Positions 52,662-59,692 of a DNA stretch of 59,692 nucleotides are shown one piece after another. The DNA is taken from positions 1 to 59,692 of the forward strand of contig DKES01000021.1 in assembly GCA_002452615.1 (NCBI GenBank), given 5' to 3'. Under the pieces are notes generated by a model that searched no databases, had not been told where the DNA came from, and was given only the letters and a program-made list of their open reading frames with translations. The DNA comes from Patescibacteria group bacterium UBA6816. Its GTDB lineage: Bacteria; Patescibacteriota; Patescibacteriia; UBA2591; UBA6264. A program made the translations under genes and the position numbers. Each line of letters starts with the position of its first letter. Position 1 is the first letter of the stretch.

Positions 52662-52823
52662 TTATTTTTGTTTTTTTATTTTTTCAATTTCATCTTCTTT
52701 TTTATTAAAAAAAATGGCCAAACCAATAACAAAAAAGAAAACTCCAAAAAGAATAGCTAAAAAATCAATCCTTGGTCCATCTATAAATCCGGCAAAAATA
52801 ATAAACCAAATTGACAAAAACAT
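52662..52823 (-). CDS. possible small membrane protein (53 aa)
   Basis: My own ORF reading gives MFLSIWFIIFAGFIDGPRIDFLAILFGVFFFVIGLAIFFNKKEDEIEKIKKQK. It has two hydrophobic helices and is below the track size cut-off. Confidence 0.35.
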   Translation of the reverse strand: MFLSIWFIIFAGFIDGPRIDFLAILFGVFFFVIGLAIFFNKKEDEIEKIKKQK

Positions 52824-52907
52824 TAATACTAATCCACTTATTGTTCTACTTAATTTGTTTATTCTATTTAATTAAAAAATATAAAAAAATGGACTACTCC
52901 TTTTAAG

Positions 52908-54158
52908 TTATTCAGTACTTCTCTCAATTTTTCCGCATTGAGGGATGGCTTGCTCCACTAATAACATAATCTCATCAATTTTGGGCTCAACCGCGACCCA
53001 CTCCTCTCCATTTTTAAGATTAGCCACCACTCTCCGGCTATGATCTTGAAAAACTCTTTCTACTCGGCAATCTTTAATTGCTAATTTAATTGCTTCCCAA
53101 GCTAAAATATTAACCCAAGCCTGGTCTTCATTTTTCTCAATAATCTTTTTCACTCTTCCTTCTTTCCTAAAATTAGTAATTTCTTTTTGAATTTCCTTTG
53201 GGAATATCTCTTCAACGCTTTTTCCCCAATCAGCCCCATCAAGTGGAATTTCATGAGAAAAACGACTTAAATCATAAAAAGACAATTCGTTAGGATAATC
53301 TATTTTAGCCGGCAAAGAAGCACCGCTTAAATTTTTTAATTGACCATCTTCAATAATATATTCTCCACAAAAGACCCAAACATAAAAAGGAAATAAAACA
53401 TTTTCTGGGCCTAAATTTTCAATTGAACAAAAACGATGACTATTTTCGTGATTTTGCCAACTAAAATCTTTTTGGGTTAATAAATAACTAATAATTGATT
53501 TTTCTTGATGATTTTTTAAAGATTCATTGAAAGCATATCCTGAAACCTTATCCGCAATACTATCAAAACTAAAGACCTCTCTTTCATTTTTGCATTCGCT
53601 TTTTTGCAACTCAGGATAATTAGAGCATTGTGCATAACGAGCTACAAAACTAACTGTTATTAAAAAATCTTCTTTTATAGTTGAATAAGCATATTCTGTA
53701 TAAATTGAACCGGCCGCCCCTTCACTGGATTCTTCAATACAATAAACCTGTTTATCAATAACTTTCTTTTTTGTTTTATTAAAAATATCATCCCTTACTT
53801 CACAATCTATTTCTCCATTAACAATACTGAACTTAGGTGGATATTTATCATCAAGGCTAATAATTCTTGTTTTCCATTCTTGAGAAGAAATATATTCTGG
53901 GTCAAAAATCTTATAAGAATTATTTTCTAAATTTTCTTTTTCTTCTTTAGAAAGTTCTCTAACAAAATGTTTGCCATCAGCAGTATAACATTGTTCTGGA
54001 TAAGACTCGAGAACAGGATAACCTGCTTTTACACATTCTTCAAAGGAAGTTATTTCATCATCCTTAATGCCAATGTCCTTTTCTTTATTTAAAAAAAGAA
54101 AAAACCCGCCAATTAAAACGATAAGTATAATAACAAATAAAAAAAGATGTTTTCTCAT
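52908..54158 (-). CDS. hypothetical N-terminally anchored exported protein (416 aa)
   Basis: N-terminal TM helix followed by a Cys-containing extracytoplasmic region. No motif recognised. Confidence 0.75.
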   Translation of the reverse strand: MRKHLFLFVIILIVLIGGFFLFLNKEKDIGIKDDEITSFEECVKAGYPVLESYPEQCYTADGKHFVRELSKEEKENLENNSYKIFDPEYISSQEWKTRIISLDDKYPPKFSIVNGEIDCEVRDDIFNKTKKKVIDKQVYCIEESSEGAAGSIYTEYAYSTIKEDFLITVSFVARYAQCSNYPELQKSECKNEREVFSFDSIADKVSGYAFNESLKNHQEKSIISYLLTQKDFSWQNHENSHRFCSIENLGPENVLFPFYVWVFCGEYIIEDGQLKNLSGASLPAKIDYPNELSFYDLSRFSHEIPLDGADWGKSVEEIFPKEIQKEITNFRKEGRVKKIIEKNEDQAWVNILAWEAIKLAIKDCRVERVFQDHSRRVVANLKNGEEWVAVEPKIDEIMLLVEQAIPQCGKIERSTE

Positions 54159-54255
54159 ATTTATATTATAACACTTTTAAATAAATTAAAAAACATCCCT
54201 AAAAAATGTTTTTTACAATCTCATTTATATCAATATCTCTAATTGTGTATTAAAT

Positions 54256-54294
54256 TGGCTCCCCACCATGGACGTGATTAGAACCTGTTTAGAG
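54256..54294 (+). repeat. roughly 40-nt dispersed element (E1)
   Basis: tggctccccaccatggacgtgattagaacctgtttagag. Confidence 0.6.
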
Positions 54295-54364
54295 ACCAAT
54301 ATTTAAAATAAAAAGTTCTGGCACATTTTCTATATCTTTTATACTACATTTTTTTGAATGAAAG

Positions 54365-55465
54365 TTATTTGTTCAGCAATTTAAGCAACTCAGTAAATTT
54401 ATAAACCTTATTACGTTGTTTGTTGGGAGTGGAATCTTCAATTATCCCAGCTTTAACAAATTTTGCCACCAAATTAAAGAATGTCTGGGTATTCTTTATC
54501 TTTGTCTTTTTTCTAATACTTGAAGTCGAAAAGACAGGGTGAATAAAAATAGCATCCAATAAATTAACAGCATATATGGAATTAATATCAATAATTTCCT
54601 CTTTGTATTTTTCATATAGATCAAGAATTCCTTTGCTAGTTTTTTCAGCGTCTTGAGCTTGAGTGGTGAGAGCAAATAAGAAAAACTTAATCCATGCCTG
54701 CCAATCTTTCTTTTCACTGACTCCCCTCAAGAGATCGTAATAATCATCACGATGTTCCTCAAAAAATTCACTTAAATACAAAAACGGATGAGATAATAAA
54801 CCCCTCTCAAATAAAAACAAAGAGGTTAACAGCCTACCAACACGACCATTGCCATCCAAAAACGGATGGATAGCCTCAAACTGATAATGGGCTATTGCAA
54901 TTTGAACCAGCCTATCTCTTTCATCGTTAGAATTTAGATATTTTTCCAAATTACCAAACAAAGAAATAATTTCATTAGACGGAGGAGGCACGAAGCTTGC
55001 TTCCTCGATACTTGCCCCGGGCCTGCCGATATAAACTTGGATTTTCCTAAATTCACCCGGGGCCTTATTATAACCACGGCCAGACCTTAGTAAAATCGCA
55101 TGCAATTTTTTAACTAAATTCTCCGATAGTGGAGTTTTTTCTAAACTGTTTATACCCAAATTCAAAGCTTCACGATAATTTATAATTTCGCTAATATCTT
55201 TTTTCTTTTCAATATCTTTACCACCATCCGGCCTAGCCTCAAACTCAAATACCTCGTTAATCGTTGCTTGAGTGCCTTCAATTTTAGAACTTAAAACTGC
55301 TTCTTTAGTCTGCATGGTTCGACCGAGTAATTCAGGATTTGGCAAATGCGAAATCAAAGCATCTAAACTTGCCAATGCTCTATGTGCTTTTGTAATTTCT
55401 TTGATTAAACTATCGTAATTTACTTTAACTGGTAATTTTTCTGGTATAAAAGATTTTTTTGACAT
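54365..55465 (-). CDS. Fic-family protein, class II (internal inhibitory motif)
   Basis: Fic motif HPFLDGNGRVGR. An N-terminal SSKIEG matches the (S/T)xxxE(G/N) inhibitory helix. The C-terminal region looks like a wHTH. Confidence 0.92.
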   Translation of the reverse strand: MSKKSFIPEKLPVKVNYDSLIKEITKAHRALASLDALISHLPNPELLGRTMQTKEAVLSSKIEGTQATINEVFEFEARPDGGKDIEKKKDISEIINYREALNLGINSLEKTPLSENLVKKLHAILLRSGRGYNKAPGEFRKIQVYIGRPGASIEEASFVPPPSNEIISLFGNLEKYLNSNDERDRLVQIAIAHYQFEAIHPFLDGNGRVGRLLTSLFLFERGLLSHPFLYLSEFFEEHRDDYYDLLRGVSEKKDWQAWIKFFLFALTTQAQDAEKTSKGILDLYEKYKEEIIDINSIYAVNLLDAIFIHPVFSTSSIRKKTKIKNTQTFFNLVAKFVKAGIIEDSTPNKQRNKVYKFTELLKLLNK

Positions 55466-55474
55466 ATTTTTATG

Positions 55475-55533
55475 ATTAGAATAAGGAATTTCGTTATTCT
55501 AATGATTAGAATAAGATTTTCGCTTATTCTAAT
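55475..55533. promoter_or_regulatory. two tandem inverted repeats ATTAGAATAA(G)-N7-9-(C)TTATTCTAAT upstream of fic
   Basis: IR1 at 55475..55503 has 10-bp arms. IR2 at 55505..55533 has 11-bp arms. An extra half-site lies at 55546..55556. Confidence 0.55.
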
Positions 55534-55687
55534 AATATCATATTTATTAGAATAATGCAAATAAATTAATAGTAAGAAAAGGTGAAGAAAAGGTGAGAAA
55601 ATCAGTGAGAAAAGGTGTCAGGAACCCTTTTCACATTTTATATAAAAAAATTAATTAAATATTTAACCAAATATTGAGGTGCCTGAG

Positions 55688-55724
55688 AAAAGGTGTCAGG
55701 AACCCTTTTCCCTGACACCTTTTT
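55688..55724 (-). terminator. hairpin terminator after the CcdA-like gene
   Basis: aaaaggtgtcagg-aacccttttc-cctgacacctttt. Perfect 9-bp GC-containing stem flanked by A/T runs. Confidence 0.7.
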
Positions 55725-55730
55725 CACATT

Positions 55731-56480
55731 TTATATAAAAAAATTAATTAAATATTTAACCAAATATTGCAAATAATAAACTCCGGCTATTAAAAAAATG
55801 AATGCTACTACATATCTCATTAACTTTTCAACCTTTTGAACAATTTGAAAAGCTTTGCTAACTTTTTGCATTGAAAAAGCAATTAAGAATGAAAATATAA
55901 TAACTGGTAATCCCGTACCAAGAGCAAAAATCGGGGGCAAAAGTAAACTCTCAGCAGATTTCAGAACCAATGGAATTAAAGCTCCGAAAAATAGCACTCC
56001 ACTATAAGGACAAAAAGCAAAAGCGAATAATATACCCAAAAGCAAAGAGCCAATATATCCTTTATTGGCCAACCATTTTTTTAATTTTTCAATTTTTTGG
56101 TTATGTCCATTAGTTTTAATTTTTATCACCCCAAACATCACTAAACTGATGATAATTAAAATGGGTCCTAAAACTTTATCACCCCAGCCTTGGAAAATTC
56201 GAGAAATTTGAAAAGATGACAAGCCAAAATAAATTAAAGTGGCCAGAAGAGTATAACTAATACCTCGACCCAAAGTATAATACAAACCATTAAGTAAAGT
56301 GTTTTTAGTTGTTTTTATCTCTTTGGAAATATAGGCAATGGCAGTAATATTAGTGACTAAAGGACAAGGGCTTATTGAAGTTAAAATTCCCAACAAAAAA
56401 GCAGTTAAAAGAGGAATATTATAATTATCTATTAAAACATTAATAAAATCCATAATTATTTTTCGCGAAGCGGAAAACAA
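55731..56480 (-). CDS. CcdA/DsbD-family transmembrane thiol-disulfide transfer protein
   Basis: Six TM helices with conserved Cys in the TM motifs SISPCPL and FCPYSG. Confidence 0.75.
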   Translation of the reverse strand: MFSASRKIIMDFINVLIDNYNIPLLTAFLLGILTSISPCPLVTNITAIAYISKEIKTTKNTLLNGLYYTLGRGISYTLLATLIYFGLSSFQISRIFQGWGDKVLGPILIIISLVMFGVIKIKTNGHNQKIEKLKKWLANKGYIGSLLLGILFAFAFCPYSGVLFFGALIPLVLKSAESLLLPPIFALGTGLPVIIFSFLIAFSMQKVSKAFQIVQKVEKLMRYVVAFIFLIAGVYYLQYLVKYLINFFI

Positions 56481-56487
56481 GCTCCGC

Positions 56488-57009
56488 TTATTTACCTAAA
56501 AGTTTATTTAATTTATTCTCAAAATAATTAATAAATTGATTCTCGTTGTTAACTAAACGCCAAACCGTAACATCTTCTTTAATATTGTCTTTCCCATTAA
56601 TAATAGCGTTAACAAAAAGAGATGAACCTCGAGCTTGATATTTCATAACTATATCTCTATTCTCTGATAACTCACCATTTATGTCTTTAAACACTATTGT
56701 TCCATTTTTATATTCTTTTGAAAATTTTTCTTTGATTGTTTTTAAAGCATATTCGCCGACTGTAATGCATGACCAACACTGTTGTGTTCCATGAAAATGG
56801 ACCACTTCAATTTTATCCGCTGTAAATTCCGCTTTGGATATTTGATTTGAATCATTAACAGAATTATTTATTGTTGTTTGATTATTATCTGTTTGTTGAT
56901 TAGTATTTTTTGGTGTGCAACCAGTTAACAGTATAAGACCAATAATTAATAGGGGAAATAAATATAATTTTTTACTCACCCCATTAGATATTTTTTTATT
57001 TTTTTTCAT
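56488..57009 (-). CDS. lipoprotein with CxxC motif (thioredoxin-like?)
   Basis: Lipobox LLTGC, a Q/N-rich linker, and HFHGTQQCWSC. Confidence 0.7.
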   Translation of the reverse strand: MKKNKKISNGVSKKLYLFPLLIIGLILLTGCTPKNTNQQTDNNQTTINNSVNDSNQISKAEFTADKIEVVHFHGTQQCWSCITVGEYALKTIKEKFSKEYKNGTIVFKDINGELSENRDIVMKYQARGSSLFVNAIINGKDNIKEDVTVWRLVNNENQFINYFENKLNKLLGK

Positions 57010-57095
57010 ATTATCTTATCTGGTTAATAATTATATATTTCCCGTCAGCTCCGAGCATTAAATACAGATATCTAACGGGGTTCATAATTTTTGAT

Positions 57096-58208
57096 TTAAA
57101 CTAAACCACCAAATATCAAACCGGCCATTGTTGAATAAAAGACTACTAACAAAATATAGACAGCTGTTTTTTTATTACCCAACACTCGTCTAACTACCAG
57201 CATATTAGGCAAACTTAATGAGGGTCCGGCTAAAAGCAATGCCAAAGCCGGGCCCTGGCTCATACCCTTGGCAATTAAGGCTTGCAAGATTGGAATTTCC
57301 GTCAAGGTAGAAAAATACATAAACGCCCCGAAAATAGAGGCAACCAGATTGCCTATCAGAGAATTTGAACCGACTATTCTTACAATCAGTTCTTCTGGTA
57401 AAAACGGCATAATAAAGCCCGCTACAAAAACACCGATAAATAAAATTGGCAAAAGCATTTTTGTAAAAGACCAAGTTTCTTTGAGCCATTCTTTAGTGGT
57501 TTCTTTTTGGAATTTAGCCAGGGCTATGATTGCCACGACCATAGTCAAGCCGACCATTAAAAAATATTTGAATGGTGAGTTGATTTGCAATCCGTTGACC
57601 ACCAAAACCGTCACCATTGTTAACATAAAAATTAAAACGGTTGTTTTATTGTATGATGGTTGATTGCTCTGCTCAATAAAAAGATTCCCGTCTTTAGTCT
57701 TTTCCTTAAACATTAATTGCATAGAAAGCCCAACTAAAATAGATAAAAGAACAGCTGAAATAATTCTGGCCAGGCCGATGTTCGGGCCTAAAACAGATAG
57801 CGTTAAAAACATGGCCGCAATATTGATCGCCGGACCTGAAAAAAGAAAAGTAATAGCCGGTCCAAGTCCGGCTCCTCTTTTTCTAATTCCAGCAAATAAT
57901 GGTAAAATTGTACAAGAACAAACCGCTAATATTGCCCCTGATACTGAAGCCAAAGAATAAGACACTATTTTCTTGGCTTGACTACCTAAGTATTTAAGAA
58001 TAAAATCTTTTTTAACAAACACAGAAATCGCCCCGGCAATAAAAAAAGCGGGCACTAGACAAGTTAAAATATGCTGACGGGCATATTCATTTAAAAGTTT
58101 AAAACCAGATAAAATTGCTCCCGTAAAAAAAGCCGATTCCATGGGCATAAAGTAGAATAGTAAAAATAGCCCGAGCAATAGAATAAAAATTTTAATATCT
58201 TTTTGCAT
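57096..58208 (-). CDS. COG0701-type permease (ArsP-like family)
   Basis: About 10 TM helices. The vicinal Cys motif AVCSCTILPLFAG is typical of this permease family. Sits in an ArsR/thioredoxin context. Confidence 0.8.
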   Translation of the reverse strand: MQKDIKIFILLLGLFLLFYFMPMESAFFTGAILSGFKLLNEYARQHILTCLVPAFFIAGAISVFVKKDFILKYLGSQAKKIVSYSLASVSGAILAVCSCTILPLFAGIRKRGAGLGPAITFLFSGPAINIAAMFLTLSVLGPNIGLARIISAVLLSILVGLSMQLMFKEKTKDGNLFIEQSNQPSYNKTTVLIFMLTMVTVLVVNGLQINSPFKYFLMVGLTMVVAIIALAKFQKETTKEWLKETWSFTKMLLPILFIGVFVAGFIMPFLPEELIVRIVGSNSLIGNLVASIFGAFMYFSTLTEIPILQALIAKGMSQGPALALLLAGPSLSLPNMLVVRRVLGNKKTAVYILLVVFYSTMAGLIFGGLV

Positions 58209-58219
58209 AGTATTTAATC

Positions 58220-58237
58220 ATCAATATGTATTGATAT
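58220..58237. promoter_or_regulatory. ATCAAT-N4-ATTGATAT palindrome upstream of the permease gene
   Basis: atcaat-atgt-attgatat lies 12 nt upstream of the ATG at 58208. The half-sites are the same as at 58854..58873. Confidence 0.5.
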
Positions 58238-58250
58238 TATAGGTAAAATT

Positions 58251-58275
58251 TTATCTCTGCCAAAAACAGAGATAA
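58251..58275 (-). terminator. hairpin after the thioredoxin-like gene
   Basis: ttatctctg-ccaaaaa-cagagataa. Confidence 0.5.
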
Positions 58276-58288
58276 AAAATATTAACTT

Positions 58289-58522
58289 TTATTTAAGCCA
58301 GCTTTTTATTTCTTCCACGTCAGGAATTCTTCCTGAAGCTTTAACTTGCTCGTCAATCACAATCGCTGGAGTAGACATTACTCCATATTCGATAATTTTA
58401 TTAATATCATAAATATGTTCGATTTGAACGTCTTTAAGGCCAAGCTCTTCCACGGCTTTTTTGGCGTTACTCTCTAATGTCTGGCAATTAGGGCAACCAG
58501 AGCCCAAGATTTTGATAGTCAT
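58289..58522 (-). CDS. small thioredoxin-fold protein (redox-active disulfide protein 2 type)
   Basis: 77 aa. MTIKILGSGCPNCQ active site. Confidence 0.88.
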   Translation of the reverse strand: MTIKILGSGCPNCQTLESNAKKAVEELGLKDVQIEHIYDINKIIEYGVMSTPAIVIDEQVKASGRIPDVEEIKSWLK

Positions 58523-58528
58523 ATATTT

Positions 58529-58840
58529 TTATTGGTTATTAATATAATGAGATAAAAGCGAATAATATTTACTTATTATTTGAGCGTTAAGGCTGTAAAT
58601 TACTTTAGTGCTTTCTTTTCTTGATTCCACCAGCTTGAAATCTTTTAATACTTTTAGATGATGAGAAACCAAATTCTGGGGCAAATCCAAATGTTGCCAG
58701 ATATCGCAGACGCACAGTTCCTGCTTTTGCAGGATACATAAAATTTTTAAACGATTAGGTTCGGCGATGACTTTTAAAAATTCGGCTGTCTGGTCAAGAT
58801 TATTTTTAGATTTTTTGGTTTTACAGCAATTAAAATTCAT
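58529..58840 (-). CDS. ArsR/SmtB-family transcriptional regulator
   Basis: IAEPNRLKILCIL, ELCVCDI, and the recognition helix SHHLKVLK. Confidence 0.9.
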   Translation of the reverse strand: MNFNCCKTKKSKNNLDQTAEFLKVIAEPNRLKILCILQKQELCVCDIWQHLDLPQNLVSHHLKVLKDFKLVESRKESTKVIYSLNAQIISKYYSLLSHYINNQ

Positions 58841-58853
58841 AGAATTATTTTAA

Positions 58854-58873
58854 ATATCAATACAAATTGATAT
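58854..58873. promoter_or_regulatory. ATATCAAT-N4-ATTGATAT perfect palindrome, putative ArsR operator
   Basis: 8-bp perfect arms, 14 nt upstream of the arsR-like ATG. Confidence 0.55.
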
Positions 58874-59009
58874 TATAGACGGTTAAAATCTTCTGTCAAC
58901 ATAAACTTATCCACAAATAAAAATCGCTTGTTTAGCGATTTTTGTTCTTTATTTAATTGTTATATCTACGTACAGATTAACAATAGATTAATATATTCGG
59001 TCTGTAAAA

Positions 59010-59081
59010 TTCTGATTTATGGCATGAACCAGAATAAATTCGGTTCACGGCATAAATCAGAACTTCGTTCTGATTTATGGC
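59010..59081. other. structured element with mutually exclusive pairings
   Basis: A 13-bp perfect hairpin cataaatcagaac-ttc-gttctgatttatg at 59051..59079. Its 5' arm can alternatively pair with an identical copy of the 3' arm at 59010..59023, enclosing the small hairpin 59025..59047. Confidence 0.6.
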
Positions 59082-59113
59082 TCCGCATCGTGGACGACGT
59101 TAGAACTATATTT
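59078..59113 (+). repeat. roughly 40-nt dispersed element (E2)
   Basis: tggctccgcatcgtggacgacgttagaactatattt aligns with 54256..54294. Confidence 0.55.
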
Positions 59114-59274
59114 CAGCAGTCAGATGAGTATATTTATATTCCTGATTTAAAATAAAAGGTACCTGACACCTTTTTTTATTTTTTTCTTTACTAAGAATTA
59201 AAATTTATAAGAACCTACTCACTTCGTTCGCAGAACCTTGAAATTAAATATTATCGTATAAATATTAAAGTAAT

Positions 59275-59511
59275 TTATTTATAAATTTTTTCACTTCTTC
59301 TCTCTATGGATAAAATCATAATCCTCTCTTGTTTCAAATAATAAATTATTCTTATCTTTCCTTTTCTTACTCTAAAAATATTATTTTTACTTTTAAGTTT
59401 TTTAACGTCTAAATTTTTAAAATCTTTATTTTTAATTTTAACTAAAATATCCCTAACTACTTTTTTTTCTTTTCTATCTAATTTCTGTAGAGATTTAGTG
59501 ATTTTATCCAT
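59275..59511 (-). CDS. RelE/ParE-superfamily type II toxin
   Basis: 78 aa. The pattern NIFRVRKGKIRIIY...I..I.RR. Starts 3 nt after the upstream small gene. Confidence 0.75.
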   Translation of the reverse strand: MDKITKSLQKLDRKEKKVVRDILVKIKNKDFKNLDVKKLKSKNNIFRVRKGKIRIIYYLKQERIMILSIERRSEKIYK

Positions 59512-59513
59512 AA

Positions 59514-59692
59514 TTACAGCCTTAAAAGAAGGTCGTCAATATCAATTCCACCCTTTTTAATTTTTGTAAAATCAATTACTGATTCCCATATTTCATTTTC
59601 TTGAATGGGACTTATTTTAAATAAAGGCTTGGAACGTTTAACAACAATAAAAGACTTTCCTTCTTTAACTTTTTCAGAATATTCTGACATTT
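59514..59692 (-). CDS. Phd/YefM-like antitoxin (probably truncated by the window end)
   Basis: Own translation gives ...MSEYSEKVKEGKSFIVVKRSKPLFKISPIQENEIWESVIDFTKIKKGGIDIDDLLLRL. The KGKSFIV.KRSKP core is typical of this antitoxin type. An ATG at 59690 is possible, but the frame stays open to the window edge. Confidence 0.6.
   Translation of the reverse strand, partial: MSEYSEKVKEGKSFIVVKRSKPLFKISPIQENEIWESVIDFTKIKKGGIDIDDLLLRL

Noticed and set aside
57205-57960. Three long ORFs overlapping the permease gene (57205..57489 minus, 57268..57663 plus, 57664..57960 plus).
   Set aside because: They lie in alternative frames or antisense to a convincing 370-aa multi-TM permease. The higher G+C of this island lowers stop-codon frequency, which explains the open frames. 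Their sequences look non-protein-like.
58928-59155. Track ORF of 75 aa on the plus strand.
   Set aside because: It has a TTG start without an RBS and lies opposite to the surrounding genes. Its sequence is made of the hairpins and repeats described at 59010..59113. The weak peptide-level similarity between the repeat copies (WLRIVDDVRT versus WLPTMDVIRT) simply follows from nucleotide similarity.

Overview
This is a 59,692-bp window from a visibly AT-rich, very gene-dense bacterial genome. Hand counts of sample stretches give about 28 G+C per 100 nt in core genes. I can support about 62 protein genes and one tRNA (Leu-CAG). I found no rRNA, CRISPR array, transposase or integrase. From 7.2 kb to the end almost every gene is on the minus strand. 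The standard code applies, since TGA is used as a stop. Core content is glyA-folD-secG, uppS, the dcw block mraZ-rsmH-ftsL-ftsI-murF, ychF, rmuC, pheS-pheT, metG, a UvrD-type helicase fused to a Cas4/AddB-like nuclease, tatD and cdd. Fermentative genes are ackA, pduL and a 2-oxoacid:ferredoxin oxidoreductase. There are also envelope glycosyltransferases, an Elp3-like enzyme and many N-terminally anchored hypothetical proteins. This gene set and the small protein sizes fit a reduced fermentative Patescibacteria/CPR-like organism, but that is inference only. Accessory content comprises an AbiEi/AbiEii module bracketed by a 27-bp direct repeat, a GC-richer Zn-ribbon plus mini-HNH cassette behind pheT, two RelE-type TA pairs, a class II Fic protein, and a GC-richer ArsR-controlled permease/thioredoxin/CcdA cluster. 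Four observations came from reading the intergenic DNA. (1) A textbook-style ribosome-mediated attenuator sits in front of a stand-alone trpB: a 20-codon leader peptide with tandem Trp codons plus mutually exclusive 1:2, 2:3 and 3:4 hairpins and a U-tract. (2) A 596-bp intergenic island at 39.2-39.8 kb is built from two different tandem hairpin arrays (42-nt and 47-nt units), and modules of it recur at 11.2 kb and 27.5 kb. (3) Several further dispersed element families occur: the perfect palindrome CACAGGTTCAACCTGTG, a roughly 40-nt element, and GAAC-GAA-GTTC hairpins. (4) Consensus promoters place the transcription start on the A of the ATG, implying leaderless mRNAs. All homology calls come from motif recognition by eye, and no database search was run.
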